Of a stretch of 64,000 nt of DNA, positions 43,914-54,000 are shown piece after piece. The DNA is taken from positions 30,096-94,095 of the forward strand of contig JBBQXJ010000001.1 of assembly GCA_038209745.1 (NCBI GenBank), given 5' to 3'. The notes under the pieces are model-generated. The model saw only the letters and a program-made list of their open reading frames with translations, had not been told where the DNA came from and made no database searches. The stretch comes from Verrucomicrobiota bacterium. Its GTDB lineage: Bacteria > Verrucomicrobiota > Verrucomicrobiia > Limisphaerales > CANJSG01. A program made the position numbers and the translations under genes. How positions within the stretch are numbered: position 1 is the first letter of the stretch; each line of letters begins with the position of its first letter.

Positions 43914-44131
43914 AGCTATGGTCGAAATCTAGGGTTGGCTCGAAAGGCAGGCAACGGGCGAATTGCCTCCTGGAAATCCGAAGAGCGAAGGTCGAACTGG
44001 ACTGGCTGAGATCCACCACGCAAGACGCTTGGTAAAACAGCAGGAAGCCCCTCACCCGTTCTGGGTTCAACAAGTCTGCTTTCGCAGTCGGCATGAAACG
44101 AAATCGGTTGGGAGCTCCTCCGTATCCACTC

Positions 44132-44545
44132 CTATGCGACCCGATTGCGCGGCAGTCTCCTCCGGAAGCTCGGCCCCCGCAGTTTCAAGTTGATGACGGA
44201 CGGAAACAGCCCGTCCTTGCGCAAGCCCAGCACCTTTGGGAAGACCCGCGTTTCACCGTCGGAAACACGCCGTGGCTGTGTTTCCAGTTTGGTCGGTGAT
44301 TCGCGGCTCACATCCCGCCCGAAGATCTGGAGTTTGCGGACAGCTCCGCTCCGGCGGACAAACTTCAAGCAGCGGTCTCCGGGTGTCATCGGCCCACTTC
44401 CTGGGCGGCGTTGCGGGCCGGTTTCTCCTGATAGGATCGGGAAGGTCTGGAAGCATTCGTTGAAGGTCGAAAAGGAAGCCCCGGAGGCAATGGCTTCCGG
44501 GGCTTTTTGACAAGGCGTGGCTGCGTCGCCGAGCAGCCCTGACAA
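44132..44545 (-). pseudogene. possible relic of an IS66-family Orf2 (TnpB)-like gene
   Basis: The only ORF with coding-like third-position bias in a 700-bp gap. FQTFPIL...TPGDRCLKFVRRSGAVRKLQIFGRD...TKLETQPRRV loosely parallels the IS66 Orf2 pattern GFxxL...DPxSGxLFVFRxRRGDxLKxLxWD...KRLExGxF. No partner orf1/orf3 is present. Confidence 0.2.
44476..44508. terminator. strong hairpin with a T-tract on the plus strand (weaker on minus)
   Basis: AAGCCCCGGA-GGCAATGGCT-TCCGGGGCTT followed by TTT: a perfect 10-bp stem. On the minus strand it is followed by CCTTTTC. Confidence 0.6.
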
Positions 44546-44560
44546 TTTTCGTCCACGCGA

Positions 44561-44575
44561 GGGAGGGAGGGAGGG
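44561..44575 (+). repeat. perfect G-quadruplex-forming motif (GGGA)3GGG
   Basis: GGGAGGGAGGGAGGG: four G3 tracts with 1-nt loops. Lies 43 nt downstream of the eno stop, on the non-template side. Confidence 0.6.
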
Positions 44576-44597
44576 TCGGTGCGGCGGAGCACCGACC
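44574..44597 (-). terminator. hairpin immediately downstream of eno (no U-tract)
   Basis: GGTCGGTGC-GGCGGA-GCACCGACC, a 9-bp stem 20 nt after the eno stop. On the minus strand it is followed by the C-rich complement of the G4 motif. Confidence 0.4.
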
Positions 44598-44617
44598 GGC
44601 CCAACCGAGAACTGGCT

Positions 44618-46099
<1,482 letters not shown>

Positions 46100-47200
46100 T
46101 CAGTCGGCGTCGCCGAGGATCACGTCGACGGTTTCACCGGGGCGGACTTCGAGTCCGGCAGGAACCGGGATGCGGATGGCCAGCGCCAGCTCCATGGTGC
46201 GGACATTGAGACCGGCGTTGGGATAAAGGTGGGGGTTGAGAGGCTCCAGGCGGGAGGCGACCGAAGAGATGTGGGACTGGACGCCAGGGCGCCCCTGCGA
46301 GCGGGCCCGCACCTCGACCTTTGTTCCGGGCTTGGGGGCCGAAAGGACGGGCTGTCTGAGATAGGCGATAATCTCCCTCGGCTTGATGGCGGCCACCGTG
46401 AGGATGGGATCGCCGGTGGCAACGGCGTCTCCGACCTGGTGGAAGAGGGTTCCGATTTCGCCGTCGATCGGGCTGGTCAGGATGGATTCGCTGAGCTCGA
46501 CCTGGACGAGGCGGAGCTTCTTCTCCTGGACGTCGACCGCAGCGCGAAGGGCTTCGGCCGCGGAGCCGGGGGTGATGCCGGCGCGGATGACCTGGGCCTC
46601 GGCCACGGCTTCGGCGGCGGCCGCGGCGATGATGGTGAACTCCTGGACCTGGACGCGACGGGCTTTGGCGACGGATTCGAGGCGTTCGAGTTCTTCGGCC
46701 GACATGATGTCGACTTTGGCGAGGGCGCGGCCGCGGAGGACTTCGGAGTCGGCAAGCTCGACTTCGACCTTGGCCACGGCGAGGCGGGCGTTGAAGTCCA
46801 AGCTCTCGAGGCGGAGACGTTCAAAGTCCACGAGGATCTGGTTCTGCGGGCGGAGCGTCTGGAGGTTGCCCATGAGAGCGGTCGTTTCGGCGCGGATGAC
46901 CTCGAGTGTGGCGGTCAACTGGACGGAATTCGCCGGCAGCACCCGGACCAGCGGATCTCCGGCTCGCACGAGCTGGTTCGGCTTCACCAGAACGGCGGAG
47001 ACGACGACGGGTCTGGGGGTGCCGATCTTGGTCTCGATCACTTCGACCTGGCCGACAATGCCCCGGGGGCCGAGCTGGTTCCGCCAGACCATCACGGCGA
47101 GGGCGGCAACGACGGTGAAGACGAGCAGCGGGAGGACGCGGATCTTGAACTCGCGCCAGCGGAGGCGGGCCGGGATGGGAATGGGTGCGAGGGACGGCAT
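46100..47200 (-). CDS. HlyD-family periplasmic adaptor (membrane fusion protein), orphan
   Basis: N-terminal TM helix (VLPLLVFTVVAALAVMVW), lipoyl-like halves (VKPNQLVRAGDPLVRV / LTSPIDGEIGTLFHQVGDAVATGDPIL), a long Ala/Glu coiled-coil hairpin and a beta-barrel tail. Confidence 0.8.
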   Translation of the reverse strand: MPSLAPIPIPARLRWREFKIRVLPLLVFTVVAALAVMVWRNQLGPRGIVGQVEVIETKIGTPRPVVVSAVLVKPNQLVRAGDPLVRVLPANSVQLTATLEVIRAETTALMGNLQTLRPQNQILVDFERLRLESLDFNARLAVAKVEVELADSEVLRGRALAKVDIMSAEELERLESVAKARRVQVQEFTIIAAAAAEAVAEAQVIRAGITPGSAAEALRAAVDVQEKKLRLVQVELSESILTSPIDGEIGTLFHQVGDAVATGDPILTVAAIKPREIIAYLRQPVLSAPKPGTKVEVRARSQGRPGVQSHISSVASRLEPLNPHLYPNAGLNVRTMELALAIRIPVPAGLEVRPGETVDVILGDAD

Positions 47201-47203
47201 GGG

Positions 47204-47896
47204 TCAGAGTTCCGATTCGTCTTCGGCCTTGATGCTGGTGAGCCGGGCCACGCCTTCCAGAGACTGCAGCTCCGAGGTGAGGTCCACCACGCGGGACGGA
47301 TCGCGCAGGAGGATGCGGTAGGAAAGATCGGTGCCCTGCGACGCCTCGTGGCTGCGCTGGCTGGCCAGATTGATCTGGAGGCCGTGGCGATCGAGCAGGC
47401 GGGTGAGATCGGCCAGTTCCCGGAGGGGGCGGTCCCAGCGGATGTTCAGGATGACATCGTAGCGGTGCCGGGAACCGAAGCCGACAAACCAGAGGTAGAG
47501 CAGGATCCCGGAGACGATGGCCGTACCGAGGACGGCCGTGGTGAATTTCTGCGTGCCGCAGGCCATTCCAACGACGATGGAGGAGAGCAGATACGAGGTG
47601 TCCAGGGTGTCGCGCAGGATGTTGCGGAAGCGGACGATGGCGAACACGGCCATGAGCCCGAAGGCGGTGACGAGGTTGTTGGCCATCACCACCATGACCA
47701 AAGCGACGAGCACCGGCATGATGGACAGAGCGCTGACGAAGGAGCGGCTGTAGGACAGGCCCGGATGGGTCAGCATGTAGATGGCGGCCAGGAGCTGTCC
47801 GGCGAGGAAGGCCAACATGCCGGCCAGCAGGACCGGCATCAGATCTGTCGGGACGGCGGCATAGTCGCCGTGGATCAACCAGTTCATCGAGTTCAT
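47204..47896 (-). CDS. DUF4956 domain membrane protein
   Basis: HPGLSYSRSFVSALSIMPVLVALVMVVMANNLVTAFGLMAVFAIVRFRNILRD and VVGMACG match the DUF4956 core as I recall it. The ATG overlaps the VTC stop (ATGA, 47893-47896). Confidence 0.8.
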   Translation of the reverse strand: MNSMNWLIHGDYAAVPTDLMPVLLAGMLAFLAGQLLAAIYMLTHPGLSYSRSFVSALSIMPVLVALVMVVMANNLVTAFGLMAVFAIVRFRNILRDTLDTSYLLSSIVVGMACGTQKFTTAVLGTAIVSGILLYLWFVGFGSRHRYDVILNIRWDRPLRELADLTRLLDRHGLQINLASQRSHEASQGTDLSYRILLRDPSRVVDLTSELQSLEGVARLTSIKAEDESEL

Positions 47897-48744
47897 CGTG
47901 ATATCGAGGCTTCGGACGAGCCTTCTCTCAAGCTGTTGAGGGCGGCGAGCCGGACTTCCCTGCGGGCCTCGAAGACGGGGTCCGCTTCTTCCGAGGTTTC
48001 GGAGAAAAATCGTTCCCCCTTGAGCGCTATCCCGTCGGCATACTTGGCCGCGCTGCACTGGACCAGGCCGAAAACACGGACCAGTTCACGAAGCCAGTTG
48101 GGGAAGCGGGTGGTGAACTTCAGCTCCAACACCACCTTGTTGCCGAAAACTTGAACCGGGTCGTCCATCTCGCCGGTGAAGCGGGTGGTGAACTCGGGCG
48201 CGCACTGCACATCCCGGTCCAAGGTGACACGGAGGGAATTGTCCGCGGTGCTGATCCAGGCTTCTCGGTGGTAGAAGACGTGGGCCCGTGGACGTGCGCT
48301 GTGCCGAACCATCAGCGCGTGGAAACTGTGGACGGCGGCGATCTGCTTGGGATCCCTGGAAACAATCTGGTCGAGGTCCGCCTGTTGGCCCGCGAGGAAG
48401 GCCTCCACGAACTCCCGGCGAATGGCACCGCGCTGCTTGAGGATCGCCTCGTTCATCCGGCGCTTGATCTCCACGAACACCGGCGCTCCGGGGGCGTCTT
48501 CGTAGAACCGCATCCGCAGCTTGTAGCGGTTCTTGTTGCCATTGATCGTGTTCCAGTAGGTGGTGAGATTTCTGGAGTCGAGGTAGAGGCTGTGGACCGG
48601 GTAGGAGAGGCGTGGACGTCCCGCGCCGAATTCGTCGAGCTCAAGGTGGCAGCTCAAAAAATCCCGCACCTCCAAGGCCACGGCCTCGGAGACGATGTAT
48701 TTCAACTCCAGCCTCTGGAGTTGGATATCGTCGGGCACAATCAT
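47893..48744 (-). CDS. VTC-domain (polyphosphate polymerase-like, CYTH-fold) protein
   Basis: RLELKYIV, SLYLDS, YKLRMRFY, FVEIKRR, LRVTLDRD and VLELKF form the alternating basic beta-strand pattern of the VTC tunnel domain. ATG 48744 (the ORF track starts one TTG codon earlier). Confidence 0.8.
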   Translation of the reverse strand: MIVPDDIQLQRLELKYIVSEAVALEVRDFLSCHLELDEFGAGRPRLSYPVHSLYLDSRNLTTYWNTINGNKNRYKLRMRFYEDAPGAPVFVEIKRRMNEAILKQRGAIRREFVEAFLAGQQADLDQIVSRDPKQIAAVHSFHALMVRHSARPRAHVFYHREAWISTADNSLRVTLDRDVQCAPEFTTRFTGEMDDPVQVFGNKVVLELKFTTRFPNWLRELVRVFGLVQCSAAKYADGIALKGERFFSETSEEADPVFEARREVRLAALNSLREGSSEASISR

Positions 48745-48892
48745 CAAATTTGAACGTCAGTGCAGGGCTGTCGGTGAAGCTGGATTCTTCACAAAGTTGT
48801 CACACGCCTGTCAAGAAACCCTCTGGGCATCTGGGCACAGCAACCCCTGGTTCGGGCCGCAGCCGCGATGAAGATCGAGCACTCCCTCCAAT

Positions 48893-48922
48893 GCGCGGTC
48901 GGAGGCTTGGCTCCGACCGCGC
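48893..48922 (-). terminator. hairpin downstream of sodC (no U-tract)
   Basis: GCGCGGTCGGA-GGCTTGGC-TCCGACCGCGC, a perfect 11-bp stem 13 nt after the sodC stop. Confidence 0.4.
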
Positions 48923-48935
48923 GACTCCCGTCCGA

Positions 48936-49481
48936 TCAGGGCTTGGCGACGCCGATGACCGCCTGGGCGACGCGCTTGCCGGCGTTGCCCGTGGGCTGGG
49001 TCTTCAGGTCGTCGGCATCCGCGTGGATGATCAAGCCGCGGCCGATGATCGAATCGGCGCCCTCGAACGAGAGCTGCTTGTCCACCGTGTCGAGCATGGC
49101 GTGGCCGTTCTCGTCCGCGACCAGATTGCCCAGATCGCCCTCGTGGCGCATGTCCGCCATCGGGCCGGCGTGCGGGTGGCCGCCGGGATTGAAGTGGCCG
49201 CCGGTGCCGGTGCCGTCCTTGGCCGAGATGTCGCCGAACTGGTGGATGTGGAATCCGTGCCCGCCGGGCTTGAGCCCCATCACATGGGCCACGACGTGGA
49301 CGCCGCCGTCCACCTTGGTGAACTTGACGGAACCGTGGACGGAGTTGCCCTCGGTCGCGGAGATCACGGCGATGGCGGCGGTGACCGGTTCGGCGGCCGA
49401 GGAGACCAGCGGCGAAGCGATGAGCGACGCGGCCAGCAGGCCGGCAAGACGGAAAGAGGAGGAGACGGAGCGAAGTTTCAT
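48936..49481 (-). CDS. sodC: periplasmic Cu,Zn superoxide dismutase
   Basis: Signal peptide MKLRSVSSSFRLAGLLAASLIASPLVSSA. Also HGFHIHQFGD, GGHFNP, HEGDLGN and GNAGKRVAQAVIG. Confidence 0.9.
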   Translation of the reverse strand: MKLRSVSSSFRLAGLLAASLIASPLVSSAAEPVTAAIAVISATEGNSVHGSVKFTKVDGGVHVVAHVMGLKPGGHGFHIHQFGDISAKDGTGTGGHFNPGGHPHAGPMADMRHEGDLGNLVADENGHAMLDTVDKQLSFEGADSIIGRGLIIHADADDLKTQPTGNAGKRVAQAVIGVAKP

Positions 49482-49777
49482 GGCAGGAATTTGAGTGGTT
49501 GGCTTGAAAACACCGGACAGTCCTGCCCGGCACTCTTTTGAGAACCTAAGCACCTTCCGCCCGCCGCGCCAACCCATGAGCGGCACTTTCGATGATTGCT
49601 TCTTTTTGTCCTCCGTCGCCCGCGCTCGTGTTTTTGACGGGAATCGGTGTCTCCATGTTTCCTCGGCGAACTCGCTATTGATCCCGATCCTTTGGTGCCA
49701 AACAAGGGCGAAGCCTTGATCGCGGAGTTTGGCCTTCTGAGCCGGGCTCGGCGCCGCCGATGAATTTGATCCGTGAT

Positions 49778-50887
49778 CTACCGGACCCGCACAAACACCT
49801 TCCCCGGCAGTTGCTTGATCAGCCGTTTCATCTCCAAGCCCAGCAGCGTCACGGACACGGTGGGACTGGGTAGGGCGCTGCGCTGGATCAGTTCGTCGAT
49901 CGAGGTCTCCGTTTCGCTGAGGAGCTCGTAGAGGCGCTGCTCGGTGTCGTTCAGGGCGATGGTGGGAAGTTCGCCGGTCTCGGCCGCGCTGGCGGGACGA
50001 TTGCTCGCCGGGAAGAGGTATTCGAACTCGCTCAGGATGTCCTCCGCGCCTTCGCAGAGCTTCGCGCCTTTCTTGATCAGTTCGTGGCAACCCTTGCTGC
50101 GCGGCGAATCGATGCGGCCCGGCACTGCGAAGACCTGGCGGCCGTAGTCGGCGGCCATGTTGGCGGTGATGAGCGCGCCGCTGGTCAGGTTCGCCTCCAC
50201 CACCACGGTGCCGAGCGTCATTCCGGCGACGATGCGGTTGCGGATGGGGAAGGTCTGCTTGTCGGCCTTGCGGTTGAAAGGGAACTGGCTGATCAGCGCG
50301 CCGCCGCTCTCGACGATGCGATGGAAGAGGTCGCGGTTCTCGGACGGGAACACCAGATTGATGCCCGTGCCCAGCACCGCGACGGTCCGGCCCTTGGCCT
50401 GCAAGGCGCCTTGATGCGCCGCCGAATCGACGCCGCGCGCGCCGCCGCTCACCACGGTCACTCCGATGTGCGCGAGCTGGTAGGCGAGCTTCCGGGCGAT
50501 GTCGGTGCCGTAGGGCGTGACCATCCGCGATCCGACCAGGGCCACGGCCATGCGATCCTGGGTCGAAAGTTCGCCCTTCACGTAGAGCACGATGGGCGGG
50601 TCGTAGATCTCCTTGAGCGAGGGCGGATAGAGTTCGTCGTCCTGGGTGACGACCGTGCAGCCGAATTCCTCGATCCGCTTCATCTCCCCGGCCAGGTCGA
50701 CGTCCTTTTCCCATGAGGAAATGGCCTCGGCCACTTCCTGGCCGATCCCTTGGACGTGCTGCAGCTGTTGGCGGGAAGCGCCCAGGATCGACGGCGCGTC
50801 GCCGAAGTGTTCGATCAACTTGCGCAGCCGGACGGGACCGACGTGCTCGATCATGTTCAGCGCGACGAACGCTTCCTTGGGATCCAT
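49778..50887 (-). CDS. dprA: DNA-processing protein DprA
   Basis: GSRMVTPYG, SGGARGVDSAAHQGAL and FPIRNRIVAGM, with a C-terminal winged-helix-like tail. Confidence 0.9.
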   Translation of the reverse strand: MDPKEAFVALNMIEHVGPVRLRKLIEHFGDAPSILGASRQQLQHVQGIGQEVAEAISSWEKDVDLAGEMKRIEEFGCTVVTQDDELYPPSLKEIYDPPIVLYVKGELSTQDRMAVALVGSRMVTPYGTDIARKLAYQLAHIGVTVVSGGARGVDSAAHQGALQAKGRTVAVLGTGINLVFPSENRDLFHRIVESGGALISQFPFNRKADKQTFPIRNRIVAGMTLGTVVVEANLTSGALITANMAADYGRQVFAVPGRIDSPRSKGCHELIKKGAKLCEGAEDILSEFEYLFPASNRPASAAETGELPTIALNDTEQRLYELLSETETSIDELIQRSALPSPTVSVTLLGLEMKRLIKQLPGKVFVRVR

Positions 50888-51025
50888 GCGCCGGATCTTT
50901 CGGCTGCGGATCGATCTGTCAAAGGCTGGTTTTGGCCACGCCTGCTCCGGGCACAGTCCCTTCCATCAAGAGGCCGACCATTGTCCCGGTGAATTCCGTT
51001 GAGCCCCGCCCAGTCGGGAGGAACG

Positions 51026-54000
51026 ATGTCGCCCATGCCCTTGATCCAGTCGTTCCGCGCGGCCCATGTCCGTCTAGCCTTGTTATGGGTGCTCGGCCAG
51101 CTGGCCACGGGCCCGGGCGCGATGGCAGCCGATCCGTTCGAAGCCATGGTGCGCGAGACCGAGCCGCTGCCACCGGCCGAGGAGCGGAAGACCTTCTCCC
51201 TGCCGCCCGGTTTCGACATCCAGCTCGTCGCCTCCGAGCCGGACATCAACAAGCCGATGAACATGGCCTTCGACGCCACCGGCCGGCTCTGGGTCACCAC
51301 GTCGATCGAGTATCCCTTTCCGGCGAAGGACCGACCCGGCCGTGACCGCTTGATGATCTTCGAGGACTTCGGGCCCGACGGCCGTGCGCGCAAAGTCACC
51401 CAGTTCGCCGACGGCCTGAACATCCCCATCGGCGTCTATCCCTTCCGGTCCGCACGCAGCCCGGGCGTTAGCCCGAAAGAACCTTCCTCCAATCAAGGAC
51501 GCTCTCTTCTGCCTGAAGGCGGGACTACGAACGAAACGTGGAAGGCCGTCGTCTGGAGCATTCCCTACATCTGGCTGCTGGAAGACACCACCGGCGACGG
51601 CAAGGCTGACAAGCGCACCCAGCTCTACGGCCCGTTCGACGTGTCCCGCGACACCCACGGCAACCAATCCTCCTTCCGACGCGGCTTCGACGGCTGGATC
51701 TACGCCACGCACGGCTTCAACAACGACTCGTGGATCACGAACCGCGACGGCTCGGTGGTCCACCTGAACTCCGGCAACAGCTACCGCTTCCGGCCCGATG
51801 GTTCCAAGCTGGAGCACCACACCCATGGGCAGGTGAATCCCTTCGGCCTCGCGTGGGATCCGCGCGGCAACCTCTACTCCAGCGACTGCCACAGCGCCCC
51901 GATCTACCAACTGCTCGACGGCGGCTATTATCCCAGTTTCGGCAAGCCCGACGATGGACTCGGCTTCGCGCCGGTGATGATCGAGCACGCCCACGGCAGC
52001 ACCGCCATCGACGGGGCGCTCTACTACGCGGACAATCTTTGGCCCGCCGAATACCAGGACACGTTCTTCATCGGCAACGTCATGACCAGCCGGTTGAACC
52101 GGGACAAGATCACCTTCCACGGCTCCACGCCCAAGGCGACCGAACAGCCCGACTTCCTCACCACGACCGATCCATGGTTCCGCCCGGTCGATAACCAGCT
52201 CGGCCCCGACGGTGCGCTCTACGTGGCCGACTTCTACAACCGGATCATCGGCCACTACGAAGTGCCGCTGACCCATCCCGGCCGCGACCACGAGCGCGGC
52301 CGCATCTGGCGCGTGGTCTATACGAACGCCGTTGTAGGACGGGCTTCCAGCCCGGCAAGTCCCGCGAACACCTCTCTCCGTCCCGCCGCGCTTCCCTCCG
52401 ATCTCGCCAGCCTCCTCGAGGAGCTCGCTTCTCCCAACCTCACGCGCCGTCTGCTGGCCCAGCACGAGATAGAAGACCGTTTCGATGACACCGCCGTCGC
52501 CCGGCTGAAAACGACCGCCCAAGGCGTCTATGACTTCCCGAACGGTGACAAGCGTTTCGCCCAAGTCCACGCCATGTGGGCGCTGCGGAATCTGGACCGG
52601 CTCGACGACGAATCCCTTCGTGCGGGCCTGCCACCGGCCGACCCCCTATTAAAGGTTCATGCGATGCGGATTCTCGCCGAGATGGGCTGGCGAGAGGCGA
52701 GCAGCCATCCGGGAACGCGCCAGCACGACAGCGTCGGCAATCTGCGCGGCGCCATCCTTCTGAGCCTCGGTGACGACAACGCGCTGGTGCGGCGCTGCGC
52801 AGCGGAAGCGCTGACCGCCTGGCCCGACGCTGGAAACCTTCCGCCGCTTCTCGGAGCTCTGTCCAAGACTGACCGCGCCGACAGCCATCTCCTCTATGTT
52901 CTCCGCAAGGCCGTCCGGGACACCCTCGAAGTCCCGGGCGCCTTCGACGAACTTGCCAAACTCCCGGAAGCCCAACGCGCGCTCGTCGCCGATATCCTGC
53001 CTGCCGTCCCGACCGCCGCCGCAGCCCAATACATCCTTTCCAACTTGCCGCAGCTCGGAACCGATTCCGCCCAGATCGGCGCGCTCCTCCAACACGCCGC
53101 GCGTTACGGCGACGCGGAGAGCGCGCCCGCCATCGCACGGTTCGCCCTGGACCGCTACGCAGCCGATCCAGCGATGCAGCTCGCGCTGATCAAATCCGTC
53201 CGTTCCGGCCTCGATCAACGCGGCGCCGCGACCCCCGAGGCCGTCACTGAGTGGGGTCGGCAACTCGCCGTCAAACTACTCGATGGGGTGGGAGCCGCCG
53301 TCTCCGATTGGCGGGCTCTGCCGCTGGAAGGCGCGGGACAATCCGCAGTGCCGTGGGTCTTCCAAGACCGCCCTTGCGCCGAAGGCCAGACCACTCGCGT
53401 CATCAGCTCGCTCGCGCCCGGCGGCGAAGCGTTGACCGGAATTCTCCGCAGCAAACGCTTCAGTCTGCCGCAGAGCCTCGGCTTCTACTTGGCCGGGCAC
53501 GACGGCTATCCGGACAAGCCGCTGAAACACGTGAACAAGGTCGTGCTCAAGTCCTCGGACGGAACCGTCCTCCGCGAAGCCTCTCCGCCCCGCAACGACA
53601 TCGCGGTGAAGGTCGAGTGGACCTTCACCGCAGCCGAACGGGGCCGCGAAGCGTTCCTGGAAGTCATCGATGGCGACACCGGCGACGCCTACGCATGGCT
53701 GGCCATTGGCCGGATCGAGCCGGCCGTCGTCCAGCTCCCGGCGATCGCGCCCCACGAACTCGCGGGCCGGTTGGCGGATGCCGTCCAGCTTGCCGCCGCG
53801 TTTCCATCCACTGCGGCCACGGCCCAGCTGCGGGCCGTGGCCGACGGACCCCTCGCCGCCAAGGAACAGGCGCTCGTCCTGAAAACGCTGCTCGCCCAGG
53901 ACGTTTCCTACGCAGCAGCACTGGTGCCCCGTCTCCTGCCCGGCGCTCCCGACGAAGCGGTGCTTGCGACCGTCTTGGCGGAGACGGATCAACCCGAGGC

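Noticed and set aside
44063-44071. A GGGTTCAAC T-loop-like sequence in the accA-eno gap, checked as a possible tRNA or tmRNA 3' domain.
   Set aside because: No flanking T-stem complementarity, no acceptor stem and no CCA-proximal pairing could be drawn. No tRNA-like cloverleaf was visible in any of the intergenic regions I scanned.
49482-49777. A ~300-nt spacer between sodC and dprA containing two ~75-aa ORFs (49495-49719 plus, 49478-49705 minus).
   Set aside because: Neither ORF has coding-like composition or motifs, and I found no convincing hairpin or repeat. It is most likely the sodC promoter/leader plus the dprA 3' region.
48936-50714. A 592-aa ORF joining the sodC frame to sequence overlapping dprA.
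   Set aside because: Only the last 181 aa (from ATG 49481, with its own signal peptide) match Cu,Zn-SOD. The upstream 400 aa are Arg/Pro-rich and overlap the well-supported dprA gene in another frame.
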